DNA of 64,000 bases from Eledone cirrhosa (lineage: Eukaryota): the NCBI GenBank assembly GCA_964016885.1, contig OZ024746.1, positions 82,770,001 through 82,834,000 of the forward strand, given 5' to 3'. How positions within the stretch are numbered: position 1 is the first letter of the stretch; each line of letters opens with the position of its first letter. Shown piece after piece: positions 32,751 through 47,429 of this stretch. The position numbers and the translations under genes were made by a program. The notes below the pieces were generated by a model. It had not been told where the DNA came from, searched no databases, and saw only the letters and a list, made by a program, of their open reading frames with translations.

Positions 32751-32971
32751 CTGTAATAAAACGATGTTGACTTAATATTAATATTTTCTTCATTTTTTAT
32801 AATTATTTATTTTGCTTCCATAGCAGAAGTTTTATTTCTAGCTTGTTAAACAAATTATTTTCAAATCTATCCTTGAATATATGGGAAGATGAAATAATAA
32901 TAATAATGATGATGCTGATAATAATAATGATAACAATAAAAATAATAATAATAATGCTGATGATGATGATA

Positions 32972-33016
<45 letters not shown>

Positions 33017-33404
33017 GTGATGATGATAATTTTTATTATTATTGATATTGATATTATTATTATCATTGTTATATTTATTATTGTGGTTGTTGTTGATGTT
33101 GTTGTAGTTGTTGATGTTGTTTTCATCGCTGTTTTATTCTCTTAAATAGCCATGTTTATTGGTTTACAGGCGATGATGTTATTGGCGAAAACTAAATTGT
33201 ATTCCATCTCATTACTTGTTCAACTTAGCGAAATATTTAGACCAACTAAAGTAACATCTACAACGTTTAGTTTCTTGTGCACTTTTTATAAATAAGTATT
33301 TTATGTTATTAACAATATATTTACAAGACGTATTCTTCTTAATGATATTTTCTTTTGCTTCACGAAGCTATTCTTTATAAACATTCATCGCTTCTCGTAA
33401 ACAT

Positions 33405-33507
<103 letters not shown>

Positions 33508-33548
33508 CACATATATTGATAGATAGATAGTTAAATAGATATATAGAT

Positions 33549-33582
<34 letters not shown>

Positions 33583-33630
33583 ATATATACACATATATTG
33601 ATAGATAGATAGTTAAATAGATATATAGAT

Positions 33631-33729
<99 letters not shown>

Positions 33730-33776
33730 TAGATAGATAGATAGATAGACATATTTCTTTATTTATATATATATAT

Positions 33777-33812
<36 letters not shown>

Positions 33813-34011
33813 GTAGATAGATAGATATAGATATAGATATATATATTCTCTTTTTCATTTAATTTTGAGTTTATTTTTGATTGGCCACCTTCCCAGTGGC
33901 AAGGTTGTAAAGAAAGGAAATTGTCGTTTTCACTTGTGTAAGCATTCATCGCCGTAAGAATATTTTACAGATTTTGAGGGTTAAAGATATCACGGCCATA
34001 CATATATATAC

Positions 34012-34075
<64 letters not shown>

Positions 34076-34132
34076 CAAATTATAAATGTAAACATGTAAG
34101 TATGTTTTTGAAACGGTGCGCGAGTTTGAAAA

Positions 34133-34351
34133 TTAGAAATTAGAAATTAGAAGCTTTCACCGTATTTTAGACTAAAGAAATTTCTAGCTTGATAGTGGGG
34201 TTTATAACCATCGGATAAATGGAAATAGATGAGTGTTGCCGTACATGTACGGCAACACTCATCTTTTTCCATTCATCCGAGGGTTATAAACCCCACTATC
34301 AAGCTAGAAATTTCTTTAGTCTAAAATACGGTGAAAGCTTCTAATTTCTAA

Positions 34352-34358
<7 letters not shown>
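34133..34358. repeat. ~225-bp near-perfect palindrome between (TA)n tracts
   Basis: Centre gccgtacatgtacggc (~34238-34253). The arms attagaagctttcaccgtattttagactaaagaaatttctagcttgatagtgggg... are reverse complements with a few mismatches. Confidence 0.9.
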
Positions 34359-34432
<74 letters not shown>

Positions 34433-34836
34433 CATTTCTATCCATATGATGATGGCTGCAACTCGATTTCGAGTAATGCCAAGAAGCTTTTTTAAGTGAC
34501 GAAAGGCTTTGCACGGAGCCAATCCCACTCTCTGAACACCGAATGCATTTGTCCAAAAAGAAGAACTGGTCTTCATCATTGGATGCAAAAGATAGAGCAG
34601 GTTTTATATCAGAGTGACCTTCTCCTAGAGAGATGTCTTAATGAAGACTAGGAGTCTCCCGCTCCACACACACACAAAAAACAAACTTTATTGGGTTTTG
34701 CTTTTCATCCCGCAGGGTGTCAAAATCCCCCTCCTCACCAAGCAAGCTTGGTGGGGTTGCCAGTTTAGTCGGACACGACCCGACCATATACAGGTTGTAC
34801 TGGGTTACCTGTTACTGGTAGCGCCGAAAAGCGACT

Positions 34837-34910
<74 letters not shown>

Positions 34911-34994
34911 ATAATAATAAATTTGAAGACTAAAATCCAAAGAGGGCCGTTAAGGGTGAAAGCAGCGATTCTTTGCTTAAACTTTAATCTGTTA

Positions 34995-35059
<65 letters not shown>

Positions 35060-35124
35060 TATAATAAATCGTATAACTATATATAATATATATATAATAT
35101 ATCGTATAACTATATATATATATA

Positions 35125-35165
<41 letters not shown>

Positions 35166-35196
35166 CTGTGTCTATGTGTGTATGTATGTATGTATG

Positions 35197-35248
<52 letters not shown>

Positions 35249-35278
35249 AACATACATACATACACACATAGCCACAGC

Positions 35279-35312
<34 letters not shown>

Positions 35313-35663
35313 CACACAAACCTATATATATATATATAGTTATACGATATATTAAAAAGAGTAGAGGATTGGGAAACCTTATATGTTGCACCAATCAGTC
35401 TTGAACCGACTCTCGCAATCCTGGTGAGATATTTGAGAATGTTCTTAATCAGAGAATCCCATTTGACAGTGTGACACTGAATAGACCACCCGGATTGCCT
35501 GAAACAACGGGAAATAAGGTGTCTTGCTCAAGGACAATGCGCCGCCGGGAATCGAACTGACGACCTTACGATCGTGACTCGAATACCCTATCCACTAAGC
35601 CAACACGCTTTCACATAACTATGTATATTTGTGAGCTTTGTGAGAGAGAGAGAGAGAGAGAGA

Positions 35664-35696
<33 letters not shown>

Positions 35697-36046
35697 TGTG
35701 TGTGTGTGTGTAGAAATATAATCGAGGAATGACGTAATAGGGTATATTATTGATAGAGCTTAGCTTACCTAATGAACATTTCAAACATTTACCTTCGTTC
35801 AATATAACTCTTAAAGTCCTCTGTTAACATTCTACTTTATCGACATTAATAGAGATGGGCCGATCGCATATTGTTAATTTAATTGTTTGATCTCTGTGAC
35901 AGATGGTCTACTGCATTTGTCTGCCAACCTACCTACTTACCTACATACTCACCTACCTATCTAACTATCTACTTACCTACATACCAACCCACCTATCTAC
36001 TTACCTTCCTATTCTTACTAACTTACTCACCTACATATCCAGTTGC

Positions 36047-36077
<31 letters not shown>

Positions 36078-36204
36078 TCTATCTACCTACCTACTTACTT
36101 AATAACCTACCTACCTCACTACCAAACTAATTACCTACCTATATACCTACCTACCTACCTACCTACCTATTTACCTTTATGCCTACCTACTCATCAACCA
36201 ACCC

Positions 36205-36774
<570 letters not shown>

Positions 36775-37728
36775 GCTAGCTAGATAGATAGATAGATTTT
36801 TAAAAAGAAATTTCGTTCGTTGTCAAAGAATTATATTTTTGTCCCCCAAACACAGCTCACCAATAGCCATAATAAATCAATATATATATATATATGATAT
36901 ATAATGTGGAAAGAGATACAATGCAAAATGGACTGTAAGATGAGGTAACGAAAAAGTAAGTTACCTGGTAATCTTTGTTTTGCTTTTTGTTGTTGCTGTT
37001 CTTTCTTCTGGTCTAGGACTATACCCTCCCCAATAATTATATTTTTCTCCCCAAACTACCAAAACACACATCTATTTGGATATGCGCTACAATTTATGTA
37101 CATGTTATGTTTATCGCATATCGAAGTTTACTGACCATTTTAAAGAGCAAAGACCTAAACTAATCACTACAACAAAAATTGACCAAATTTGCACCCCCAT
37201 CCCACCCCAATTCAGAAGTGCTTCCACCACCCCTGAGACACGTATATACAACCGTATAAGCATGCACGTATCTATCACATATATTTCTGCATATGTATTT
37301 GCGTGTCTGATATGTTGGGTAATCGACAGTTTTTCCAAAAATAAAAAAATAAAATAATAAATAAATAAATAAACAAATAAACAAATGAATAGAAACGAAG
37401 AATTGATTTCCTGTCAAGATAGTTACACACGTCGATTTCAGTCCATTTAAGCGGTCCTTTGAATTTTAAAGTTTTAGCTGTCAAGACGTCAGTTAATATT
37501 CATCTGAATGTAAAACACAAAATATTTGTCAAATAGAATCTAAACGAGAGAAAGGGCAATTAAATGAGTAGTCAATATGTGTTCACATAAATCGTTATAT
37601 TGTACATACATACGTAGATACATACATACATACATACGTAGATACATACATACATACATACATACGTACATACGTACATACATAGATACATACATTCATG
37701 CATACATTCGTACATCCATCCATACATG

Positions 37729-38138
37729 GTGGCTGCCAACTCGTTTTCGAGTACGGCCACTACTTTATATCCATGTAGGAGAACCCCTACCGATGCGCTG
37801 AACGAGTGTGACTTTTTAGTCCAGCCAGCGATTTGAAAACTCTGGTACAAACACTACACTTTTGACAATTATTGACACATAGAGCTGGGCCCATGGTACC
37901 ACGTGACGACAAGTGCAGAGAGATCTCCAGATATAAAGCAATGCCTGTGCCGTGAAGCTTTTATAGTGAGCAAAGGCACTGCACAAAGCCAGTCCCACTC
38001 TCTTAACCAAGATGATATTTACGAAAAAGAAGAACAAGTCAACATCATTGGATACCATCAGAGTTGCAGGTGTTATATCAGAGTTTTCCTTCTCCTAGAA
38101 TTCTGCCTTGACAAAGGCTAATGGGTCATCTCTCCCGG
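37729..38138 (-). mobile_element. Near-identical inverted copy of the 39.9-kb RTE-like element, flanked by (CATA)n
   Basis: Reverse complement of 39883-40292 with only scattered substitutions; the ORF track gives near-identical peptides (SAERSPDIKQCLCREAF...). Confidence 0.85.
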
Positions 38139-38404
38139 ACATACATACATACAATCATACATACATACATACATGCATACATGCATACATACATACATAC
38201 ATGCATGCATGCATACATACATACATACATACATACATACATACATACATACATACATACATACATGCATGCATACATACATACATACATAATACATAAT
38301 ACATACATGCATACATACATACATACATACATACATACGTACATACATACATACATACATACATACATACATACATACATACATACATACATACATGCAT
38401 CATG

Positions 38405-38880
38405 ATGATGGCTTCAACTCGATTTCGAGTAATGCCATCGTTAACTACTTAAGCATTAGCATCACGGACGTGGCTTTTTAGTTCTGCCAGGGACTTGCCT
38501 ATGGCCAGCAATACCATGCAAAAAATGTCATATATCAAGCGATAACTGTACTTGAAGTTTTTTTAAGTGAGGAAAGGCTTTGTACAGGGCCAATCCCACT
38601 CTCTGAACATCGAATGCATTTGCCCCAAAAGAAGAACTGGTCTTCATCATTGGATGCAAACGATGTCGCAGGTTTTATATCAGAGAGACCTTTTCCTAGA
38701 GAGATGTCTTAATGAAGACAAGGAGTCTCCCACTCCACAAAAAAATCTTTATTGGATGGCCGTTGACTCTCCTGAGTTCCTCCGCCCTTTGACTGGTTGC
38801 CGGTTGAATCATCGACGACCTGACCATGCACAGGTTTTGCTGGGTTACATGTTACCGGTAGCGCTGAAGAGCGACCTCAC
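38405..38880 (-). mobile_element. Diverged subfamily of the RTE-like non-autonomous element; an internally deleted copy lies at 34447-34838
   Basis: The two copies share aactcgatttcgagtaatgcc, ccaatcccactctctgaaca, caggttttatatcagag...tcctagagagatgtcttaatgaagac and ctgggttac...ggtagcgc.gaa.agcgac. Confidence 0.7.
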
Positions 38881-38955
38881 ATAAGAATACGAATGCAAAT
38901 AAAAGAAGCCAAAATGGGTTTCCTTCGAAGGGTCTTTGGAGTAACATTACTCGAC
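38881..38955 (+). pseudogene. Small RTE-clade ORF fragment
   Basis: Translates IRIRMQIKEAKMGFLRRVFGVTLLD, resembling the RTE post-RT motif IQAAEMRFLRRIxGVTLLD. Confidence 0.6.
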
Positions 38956-38963
38956 ACACACAT

Positions 38964-39010
<47 letters not shown>

Positions 39011-39012
<2 letters not shown>

Positions 39013-39325
39013 GCGAAGTGGTTAGAGGGTTCAGCTCACGATCATAAAGTCATGAGTTCGATTCCCGGATCGGGCGGCGCGTTCTGTCCTTGAGCAAAAT
39101 ACTTTATTTCGAGTGGTTCTAAGCCACCCTGCTGGCAAAAGTGTGTTGTACTTGCAATTCAATGAGCCAGCCACCTTGTCGTACAATGTGTTACCCTAAA
39201 CCTCGCTAAAGGTGCACGTCTCTGTGGAATGCTCAGCCACTTTCACATTAATTTCATGAGTAGGCAGTTCTGTTGATTGAATCAACTGGAGCACAAGCCG
39301 TCGGAAATGACGGAAATCCAACAAT
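39011..39325 (+). mobile_element. Second tRNA-derived SINE family with a CORE-like box; copies at ~18829-19100(+) and 35510-35610(-)
   Basis: A-box agtggttag and B-box gagttcgattcc, then tgtccttgagcaa...actttat and gctggcaaaa; collinear with 18829-19100. Confidence 0.75.
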
Positions 39326-39597
39326 ACACACATACTCACTCATATACGTATATAAATGTATGCGTGTGTCGGTTAAAAATAGGCGTTTTAAATACTTAAG
39401 ACAACGAATATTGACTGAAGAAATGACTCGCTACGTGTGTCGACTCCAATATTTATTATAAACTTATGTTGGAAGTGACTCAACAGAATGATAATATATG
39501 CATATTATATGTATATTTGTATACATGTTACATAGTCTCGGTTAATTTTGTACTGCCTGTATATATATGAGATATTTGTATATATATCAGATATTTG

Positions 39598-39665
<68 letters not shown>

Positions 39666-39835
39666 AATATCTGATATATATACAAATATCTCATATATAT
39701 ACAAATATCTCATATATATACAAATATCTCACATATATACAAATATCTCACATATATACAAATATGTATAAAAGAAATTTATCGTATACATGCATTCGTA
39801 TGCATGTATGTATGTATTTATGTATGTATGTATGT

Positions 39836-40292
39836 ATCAAAGGGCAAAGGAGCTCTTAAGAGTCAATGGCCATCCAAAATCACCGGGAGAGATGACCCAA
39901 TAGCCTTTGTCAAGGCAGAATTCTAGGAGAAGGAAAACTCTGATATAACACCTGCAACCCTGATGGTATCCAATGATGTTGACTTGTTCTTCTTTTTCGT
40001 AAATATCATCTTGGTTAAGAGAGTGGGACTGGCTTTGTGCAGTGCCTTTGCTCACTATAAAAGCTTCACGGCACAGGCATTGCTTTATATCTGGAGATCT
40101 CTCTGCACTTGTCGTCACTTGGTACCATGGGCCCAGCACTGTGTGTCAATAATTGTCACAAGTGTAGTGTTTGTACCAGAGTTTTCAAGTCGCTGGCTGG
40201 ACTAAAAAGTCACACTCGTTCAGCGCATCGGTAGGGGTTCTCCTACATGGATATAAAGTAGTGGCCGTACTCGAAAACGAGTTGGCAGCCAC
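39836..40292 (+). mobile_element. Non-autonomous RTE-like retroelement with a (TATG)n tail
   Basis: Contains ctaggagaaggaaaactctgatata (an RTE 5'UTR-type motif) and a 3' stem-loop actcg-aaaa-cgagt, followed by (TATG)n. (TATG)n also lies upstream. Confidence 0.65.
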
Positions 40293-41904
40293 TATGTATG
40301 TATGTATATGTTTCTAAATTTAAATACTGTTCCGTTACTTTCGCGTCGAACAAAGGGTGTATGATCCCTATTCAAGGGTTCGGCAGAAAACTTATACACA
40401 CACACATAGGCACACACACACATCTTCTCCCCCCTCTCTCTCTGTATATATATATACAAATACACACACACTCAATGAGAGAGAAGATATAGAAGATAAA
40501 TCGACCTGCTTGTTAAATTAACATGTAACTGACTGAGTATTCTAAAGAAATGGATATAATTCACATAATTCTCAGGGAGATTCAGCGTGACAGAGTGTAT
40601 GATAAGGTTGGCTTTTTGTGGGCTTCCAAACATTCTCTATCTAGGGTCCACCTAAGCTATGTGACCAAATACGGAACCTCAGTATTTTGAAGCGAGCTTC
40701 TTAACCCTTCTGTCATGCTGCAGCAACAGGAGGAAAATGAAGTGTAAATATAAATGCAATACATTGCATGGTCCCGTAACACTTGAGAGAGTCATAGGGG
40801 CACTGTATTGACATACGGCGTTTCTAGGGCACTCCTTTAAACCTGATGGAGCCAGTCTCATGTACAGGATTGAATACAGCAGGTTTCTTCCAGAGAAGGA
40901 TAGTGAATGAGAGAATGGAAGTAAGAAAGAGATATAGTGGGAAGAATTATCCCCAGTATTAGACTGGTACTTTTTTTATCGACTTCGGATGGAGAAAAGG
41001 CAAAGTTAACTTTGAACTCAGCGAGATTTGAACTCAAAGAGTAGAGAGCCGACACAAATACTGCCACACGCTCTATGTGATGTTCTAACGACTCCGCCAA
41101 TTCGCCGCCTAAATATAAATAATCTCTGCAAAAAGGAAAATTAATATAACAAAAAATACGTTTTTTTAAATAAGATTTATTATATATAATTCACCCACAG
41201 TATGTAATATGTGGTACAAGCTCGCTCTTTGCATTTGTCTTTTTTGGGCGTGTTTTGTAAAACCTATTCGCTACCAAACTACATATTGAGAAAGATATTA
41301 AATAAAACTTAGTTGGTGTCTTTCTTTTACAATAAGTCTTGAGAGATTGCCAAAATGAATATGCTATAACCCCCCCCCCCCCAAAAAAAAAGAATAAAAC
41401 TAATACACGGCGATATTATGAATTATCATAAAGTGAGTTATGTTTATATCTAAACTGTTAATTTTCAGATAAATGAACAGCTCTGCAGAGTATCCCTTAG
41501 AAAATTTGCTTTGGCTCAAATGTTTCCATCTAATTTCAGTTTGCAGGATAAATATTGCTACTTCAGACGTACACCAATATAATTGAAGCGCACATTGAGC
41601 TACCTACATACATACATACATACATACATACAAACATACATACATACATACATACATACATACATACATACATACATACATACATACATACATACATACA
41701 TACATACATACATACAATTACACAAAACACACACACACAAACAGAAAAAAAAGTAAACCGTTGTGCAAGTTTCATATTAATCTTTTCCTCGGCTTTCTTT
41801 CATTCTGTTTCTCCTACCCCTCTTATTTTCCCCCTTTCTCCCCCTCTCACTCTATATATACATAGATATATATATAAATATATATATACATATACATGTA
41901 TATG

Positions 41905-41935
<31 letters not shown>

Positions 41936-42011
41936 GGACCTGTTATTTTTATCTAAAGATATTTTTTCCAATTCCATCCCGCCCGTCCCCTCAATCTATC
42001 TTATTTCTCAT

Positions 42012-42055
42012 TCTTTCTTCTAATGAAGGACTAGCGTCCGAAACGTTAAGACCCT
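42012..42055 (+). ncRNA. Degenerate hammerhead ribozyme (core CTAATGA, probably inactive) in a Penelope-like remnant
   Basis: ctaatga-a-ggac-tagc-gtcc-gaaacgtta. It carries a G5>A core change and a poor stem I. The downstream aagcgtt(g)aac(c)ctaat motif recurs at ~23535. Confidence 0.5.
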
Positions 42056-42132
42056 CTTCCTGTTATATCAAGCGTTAACCTAATATATCCCTTCCATATA
42101 CTGTACCGATTGTGTTGTTATTTCTGTTTACC

Positions 42133-42288
<156 letters not shown>

Positions 42289-43387
42289 GGATATATATAT
42301 AGATAGATCGATAGTATAATTGAGGTAAGAGAAATAATTCAAATTAGCCAATGATATAGATTAAAATAAACCACGTGGGTGATGAATGTTGATGTACAGA
42401 ATGGCGTTCAACAAAACATTGTTAATGAACTGAAATTTAACTCCCATGTATGGAAAAGAAACATAAGGGAAAATAATTTAGAAAAAGTAAGAATTAATGA
42501 AAAATCTGTTCTGTGGTAAGGCACAGCAGCAAATATGTTTCACTTTTATTGGACTTCATCAAGGAAGCATATTCAGCACAAACTCGCTTGATCAAAGAAA
42601 TTTTAAGTCAATTTAAAAAAATTCTTGAGATTATCTCTTCGATTGTCTCAAGAGTTGAATTTTCACCTCTTAAAATTATTTTAGGTAGTACAACAAATTC
42701 TACATGCTTTATCTTGGTTTATGTCATAAGCTTTAGCTCAATTTGATTCAATATTACGTAAATTACACTGGCCCAGAAATATCTGTAATCATTTATCTAT
42801 ATGAAGAGTTATATATACTGATAAACCAGATTTGTGCTGACTATAAAGTACTTTGCTGTCAAGGTCCAATATAACTAAAACATGCCAGATTGTGTCTCTG
42901 TCCACACGAACATACATTAATCAGATTTTATTTTAAGTACGAGAATTCATATTTTTTTATAATGGATTCATAATTTCTTGAAATTACTTCCATTTTCATT
43001 TGTGTGTCTCTACGAGATCCGGTAAGTTATTAGAATTGGCACTAACATGGCGTGTTTCGTTATAATTACCTCCCTTTCAGTAGTCAAGTTCGAACTATAT
43101 GCAAATGATCATGTGGTGCAACCGATGTTTCATACCATATAGGTTTTTGCTTATTTTGTATCCGCTTATTTTGTAAAGGTTACTGATGGCGGATAAAAAT
43201 CCCCAAATAGCTATCTACCGCTACTCAGATAGCTGTGACAAGATCAAATCTTATTAAAAAAATGATAGTGGGACTCTCGTATGTTTATTATACATACACA
43301 TAACGTGTATGTTTTCATACAGTCACTTATGACAAACCGCGCTATGTTAGTTCCAACTCTACTTACCATCCATGCATATATATATAT

Positions 43388-43609
43388 ATATTAAAATATA
43401 AGTATTAATAAAATAGATGTTCTTTTGATCAATTACATTTTATTATACATATTTCGGATGTTAAATCTTAACCATTTAACATCTCAGGGTATGTCATGTA
43501 TCATTATATTTTGTCTGATGAGGACGTACTGTTGTACATCCGAAATATGTATAATAAAATGTAATTGATCAAAAGAACATCTATTTTATTAATACTTATA
43601 TTATAATAT
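43388..43609. mobile_element. Palindromic Penelope-like remnant next to (TA)n
   Basis: 74-bp inverted arms (43388-43461 / 43536-43609, 1 mismatch). The right arm overlaps the hammerhead. The motifs gggtatgtca and gcttccaa seen at the 10.7-kb element recur in or just beyond it. Confidence 0.68.
43503..43565 (+). ncRNA. Type-I hammerhead ribozyme (Penelope-like minimal form)
   Basis: 12-bp stem I attatattttgt(43503-14)/ataaaatgtaat(43554-65). CTGATGA at 43515-21. Stem II ggacgtac-tgtt-gtacatcc. GAAA at 43542-45. Same tatgtATA stem III and cleavage site as the 10.9-kb ribozyme. Confidence 0.82.
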
Positions 43610-43902
43610 TAATAACTCCGGAAAATTATTTTCCGTTGAGTGCTTCCAATCTACTGTAAAACTCATTCTTTGACATAATCATTGAATATTGTTTAACAAT
43701 TTAATATATATATAGTAATAATAATTGTTTCTACTTTAGGAACAAGGCCAGCAATTACCCAGTGCATTACTGGTACTTTATTTTAGCGACCCCGTAAGGA
43801 TGAAAGGCAAAGTCAACAATAATAAATTTGAAGGCTAAAATACAAAGAGGGCTCGATAAGGATAAATATATATCAAATATATAAGAACCCTAGAGCAAAT
43901 AT

Positions 43903-44015
43903 TTATTAAAATAACAGATTAAAGTTTAAGCAAAGAATCGCTGCTTTCACCCTTAAGATCCCGTTAAGGGTGAAAGCGGCGATTCTTTGCTTAAACTTGA
44001 ATCTGTTATTTTAAT
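43903..44015. repeat. Hairpin element (~52-bp arms, 7-nt loop gatcccg) ending in (TA)n; a single-arm copy lies at 34915-35000
   Basis: attaaaataacagattaaagtttaagcaaagaatcgctgctttcacccttaa / ttaagggtgaaagcggcgattctttgcttaaacttgaatctgttattttaat. The same arm and the upstream aatttgaagrctaaaat motif occur at 34920-35000. Confidence 0.85.
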
Positions 44016-44042
44016 ATATATATATGTACATATATATATATA

Positions 44043-44155
<113 letters not shown>

Positions 44156-44930
44156 CTGTGTGTGTGTGTACGTGCATGTATGTATATAGTGTGTATATAT
44201 GTATAATACATACATCGAGGAGCTCACAGAGAAACTGGGCAAGCACGAAAATTTAAATCTGATTGCTTCCTCTGAAAAACCTGCCATAGTCCATATATTA
44301 ACTTACTAGTGCTTTAACTATTCAAAGAACCCTTCATCTACAACATTTATATTCAGGAAAAAGGCAAATTTCACACCATGTATATATATATATAACCGCG
44401 ATAATATTGCTTTTACTGAACTCCTAATATTGTAGAGTTTTTTTCGGAATGTTTTTGACTGTTATTTCATGTAAACAGACATTCATCTCATTCTGACGTC
44501 ACCAGCCCTGTCTCTACATGTGCGTTTTTCTTCATAATTACGCATGATTGTGCCTTTTTGGCATATTATAAACAGTGGACATTGGTTATCGTGTCTTTGA
44601 GCTCTGCTGATGATCGATTCCAACCGTGACCATCCCCACTGAAAGTTTCGTGAAATAGTCTTTTAAGACTATACAGAGCATTTGTAGTTTTTGAAAATTA
44701 AAGGATGAGTACTATAAACTTTATTTTATTCTGAGTTAAGGCTCTATTGATTTTTCCCTGGATTTCACCAAATTCTGTGGATGAATCTATATCCTGATTC
44801 TTTTTGAATTGAGTTTGAATTATTTTCCCACATCTTACGTTAACTATTTTTCCATTTTGACGCTATAGTCACTTATATATTATGGAATACTGTTGGCTTC
44901 TTGCTCACAATAATTTCTAGACTTTTCATT

Positions 44931-44968
<38 letters not shown>

Positions 44969-44995
44969 GCTTAAATCTATCTATCTTTATATATT

Positions 44996-45031
<36 letters not shown>

Positions 45032-45624
45032 TATATATATATATATATAAAGATAGATTTATGCATATATTTATATATTGCTTGATGCCACGGTCGGGTT
45101 TATCCCTTCCTCCTCTCTCTCTATAAATATACATATTAATATGTAAATAAGGGGCGGGAACTCTCCGTACACACACACACATTTCCATAGATACACACAG
45201 ATCTCTCTGGATCTGAGCACCAACTCATCCATAGTCACTTCATCACACACACAATCTCAACACCGAACTACTCACATAATACGACACCACTTCACCCCAC
45301 GCACTCTCGACACCTCCTGCACCGCAACCACCAACGCCGCCATAACTACCACTTCCACCACCATCACCACCATCACCACTACCACCAGCATCACTTTTAC
45401 CATCATCAACACTACTACCACAAGCACAATCATAACCACAACCACAACCACAACCACCAGCATCATCACAATTACCATCACCACTACCACCGCAACCACA
45501 ACGACTACCAGCATCACCGCAATTACCAGCACCACCATCACCAGCATCACAGCAATTACTACCACCATCACCACCATCACCACCATCACCACCAGCACCA
45601 CCAGCAACAACACCACTCCACTAA

Positions 45625-45688
<64 letters not shown>

Positions 45689-46118
45689 ACACAGACACAC
45701 ACACACACACACGCGCATCGAAACACAATAACACCACACCACACCACACCACATCACAACACAGTACATAATACATAAAAGCACATCAACACATAAGCAC
45801 AGCAGAGTACTTCAACACATAAACACATAAACACATAAACACATAAACACATGTAGAGAGAAGGCTTATGATATGATACTTTGTCGATAGTTATAGTTTG
45901 AATTGTGTAAGTTTTTATTTATCAGATGAATAATGACTGGAAACAGTGAAGACAATATGACATCTATTCATCTCTAGAATGAATCCAACTGATTTAGTTT
46001 TCATCAGAATATTTACACAGGTCGACTTTTGATTGATGAGTCATAGTGATATTATTTCAACCTCCGTAGAAACAGATTTTCAACACTGATTGCATACATA
46101 TTTATATGTGGCCCTGGC

Positions 46119-46149
<31 letters not shown>

Positions 46150-46205
46150 TGTATGTATGTATGTATGTATGTATGTATGTATGTATGTATGTATGTATGT
46201 ATGTA

Positions 46206-46272
<67 letters not shown>

Positions 46273-46411
46273 ATGTATGTATGTATGTATATGTGTGTGA
46301 ATGTATGTACGTATGTATATGTGTGTGAATGTGTGTATGTATGTGTGTATGCGTGAATGTATGTATGTGTGAATGTATTTATGTATATATATATATATAT
46401 ATGTGTACATA

Positions 46412-46551
<140 letters not shown>

Positions 46552-46567
46552 CATACGGATATATGTT

Positions 46568-46607
<40 letters not shown>

Positions 46608-46848
46608 AACATATATCCGTATGTATTAATGTAAGTAAGTATGTATGTATGTATGTATGTATGTATGTATGTATGTATGTATGTATGTATGTATGTATGT
46701 ATGTATGTATGTATGTATGTGTAAATAAAAGTATGAATGGGTTTCTATATATATGCATGTATGCATGTGCGTGTATATTCATATATGTAGAAGAATTAAT
46801 GAGTACATGTGTGTAGGTGTGTATAGATATTCATGTTTGTTAGTATGC

Positions 46849-46910
<62 letters not shown>

Positions 46911-46946
46911 GTATATATGTATGTATGTATGTATGTATATATAAAT

Positions 46947-46986
<40 letters not shown>

Positions 46987-47144
46987 GTATATATTTATAT
47001 ATATGTGTGTACACACACACACACATATATATACATATATACATATGATACATACATAAATATATAAACACACACACATACAAACAAACACGTAACCTAT
47101 CTATACGAAGAAACGATGAGCTATAGAAATGAGTATGAGTAAGT

Positions 47145-47194
<50 letters not shown>

Positions 47195-47253
47195 TTACCA
47201 CCACCACCACCACTACTACTACTAATACTACTACTACTACTATCACCACCACC

Positions 47254-47373
<120 letters not shown>

Positions 47374-47374
47374 G

Positions 47375-47429
<55 letters not shown>

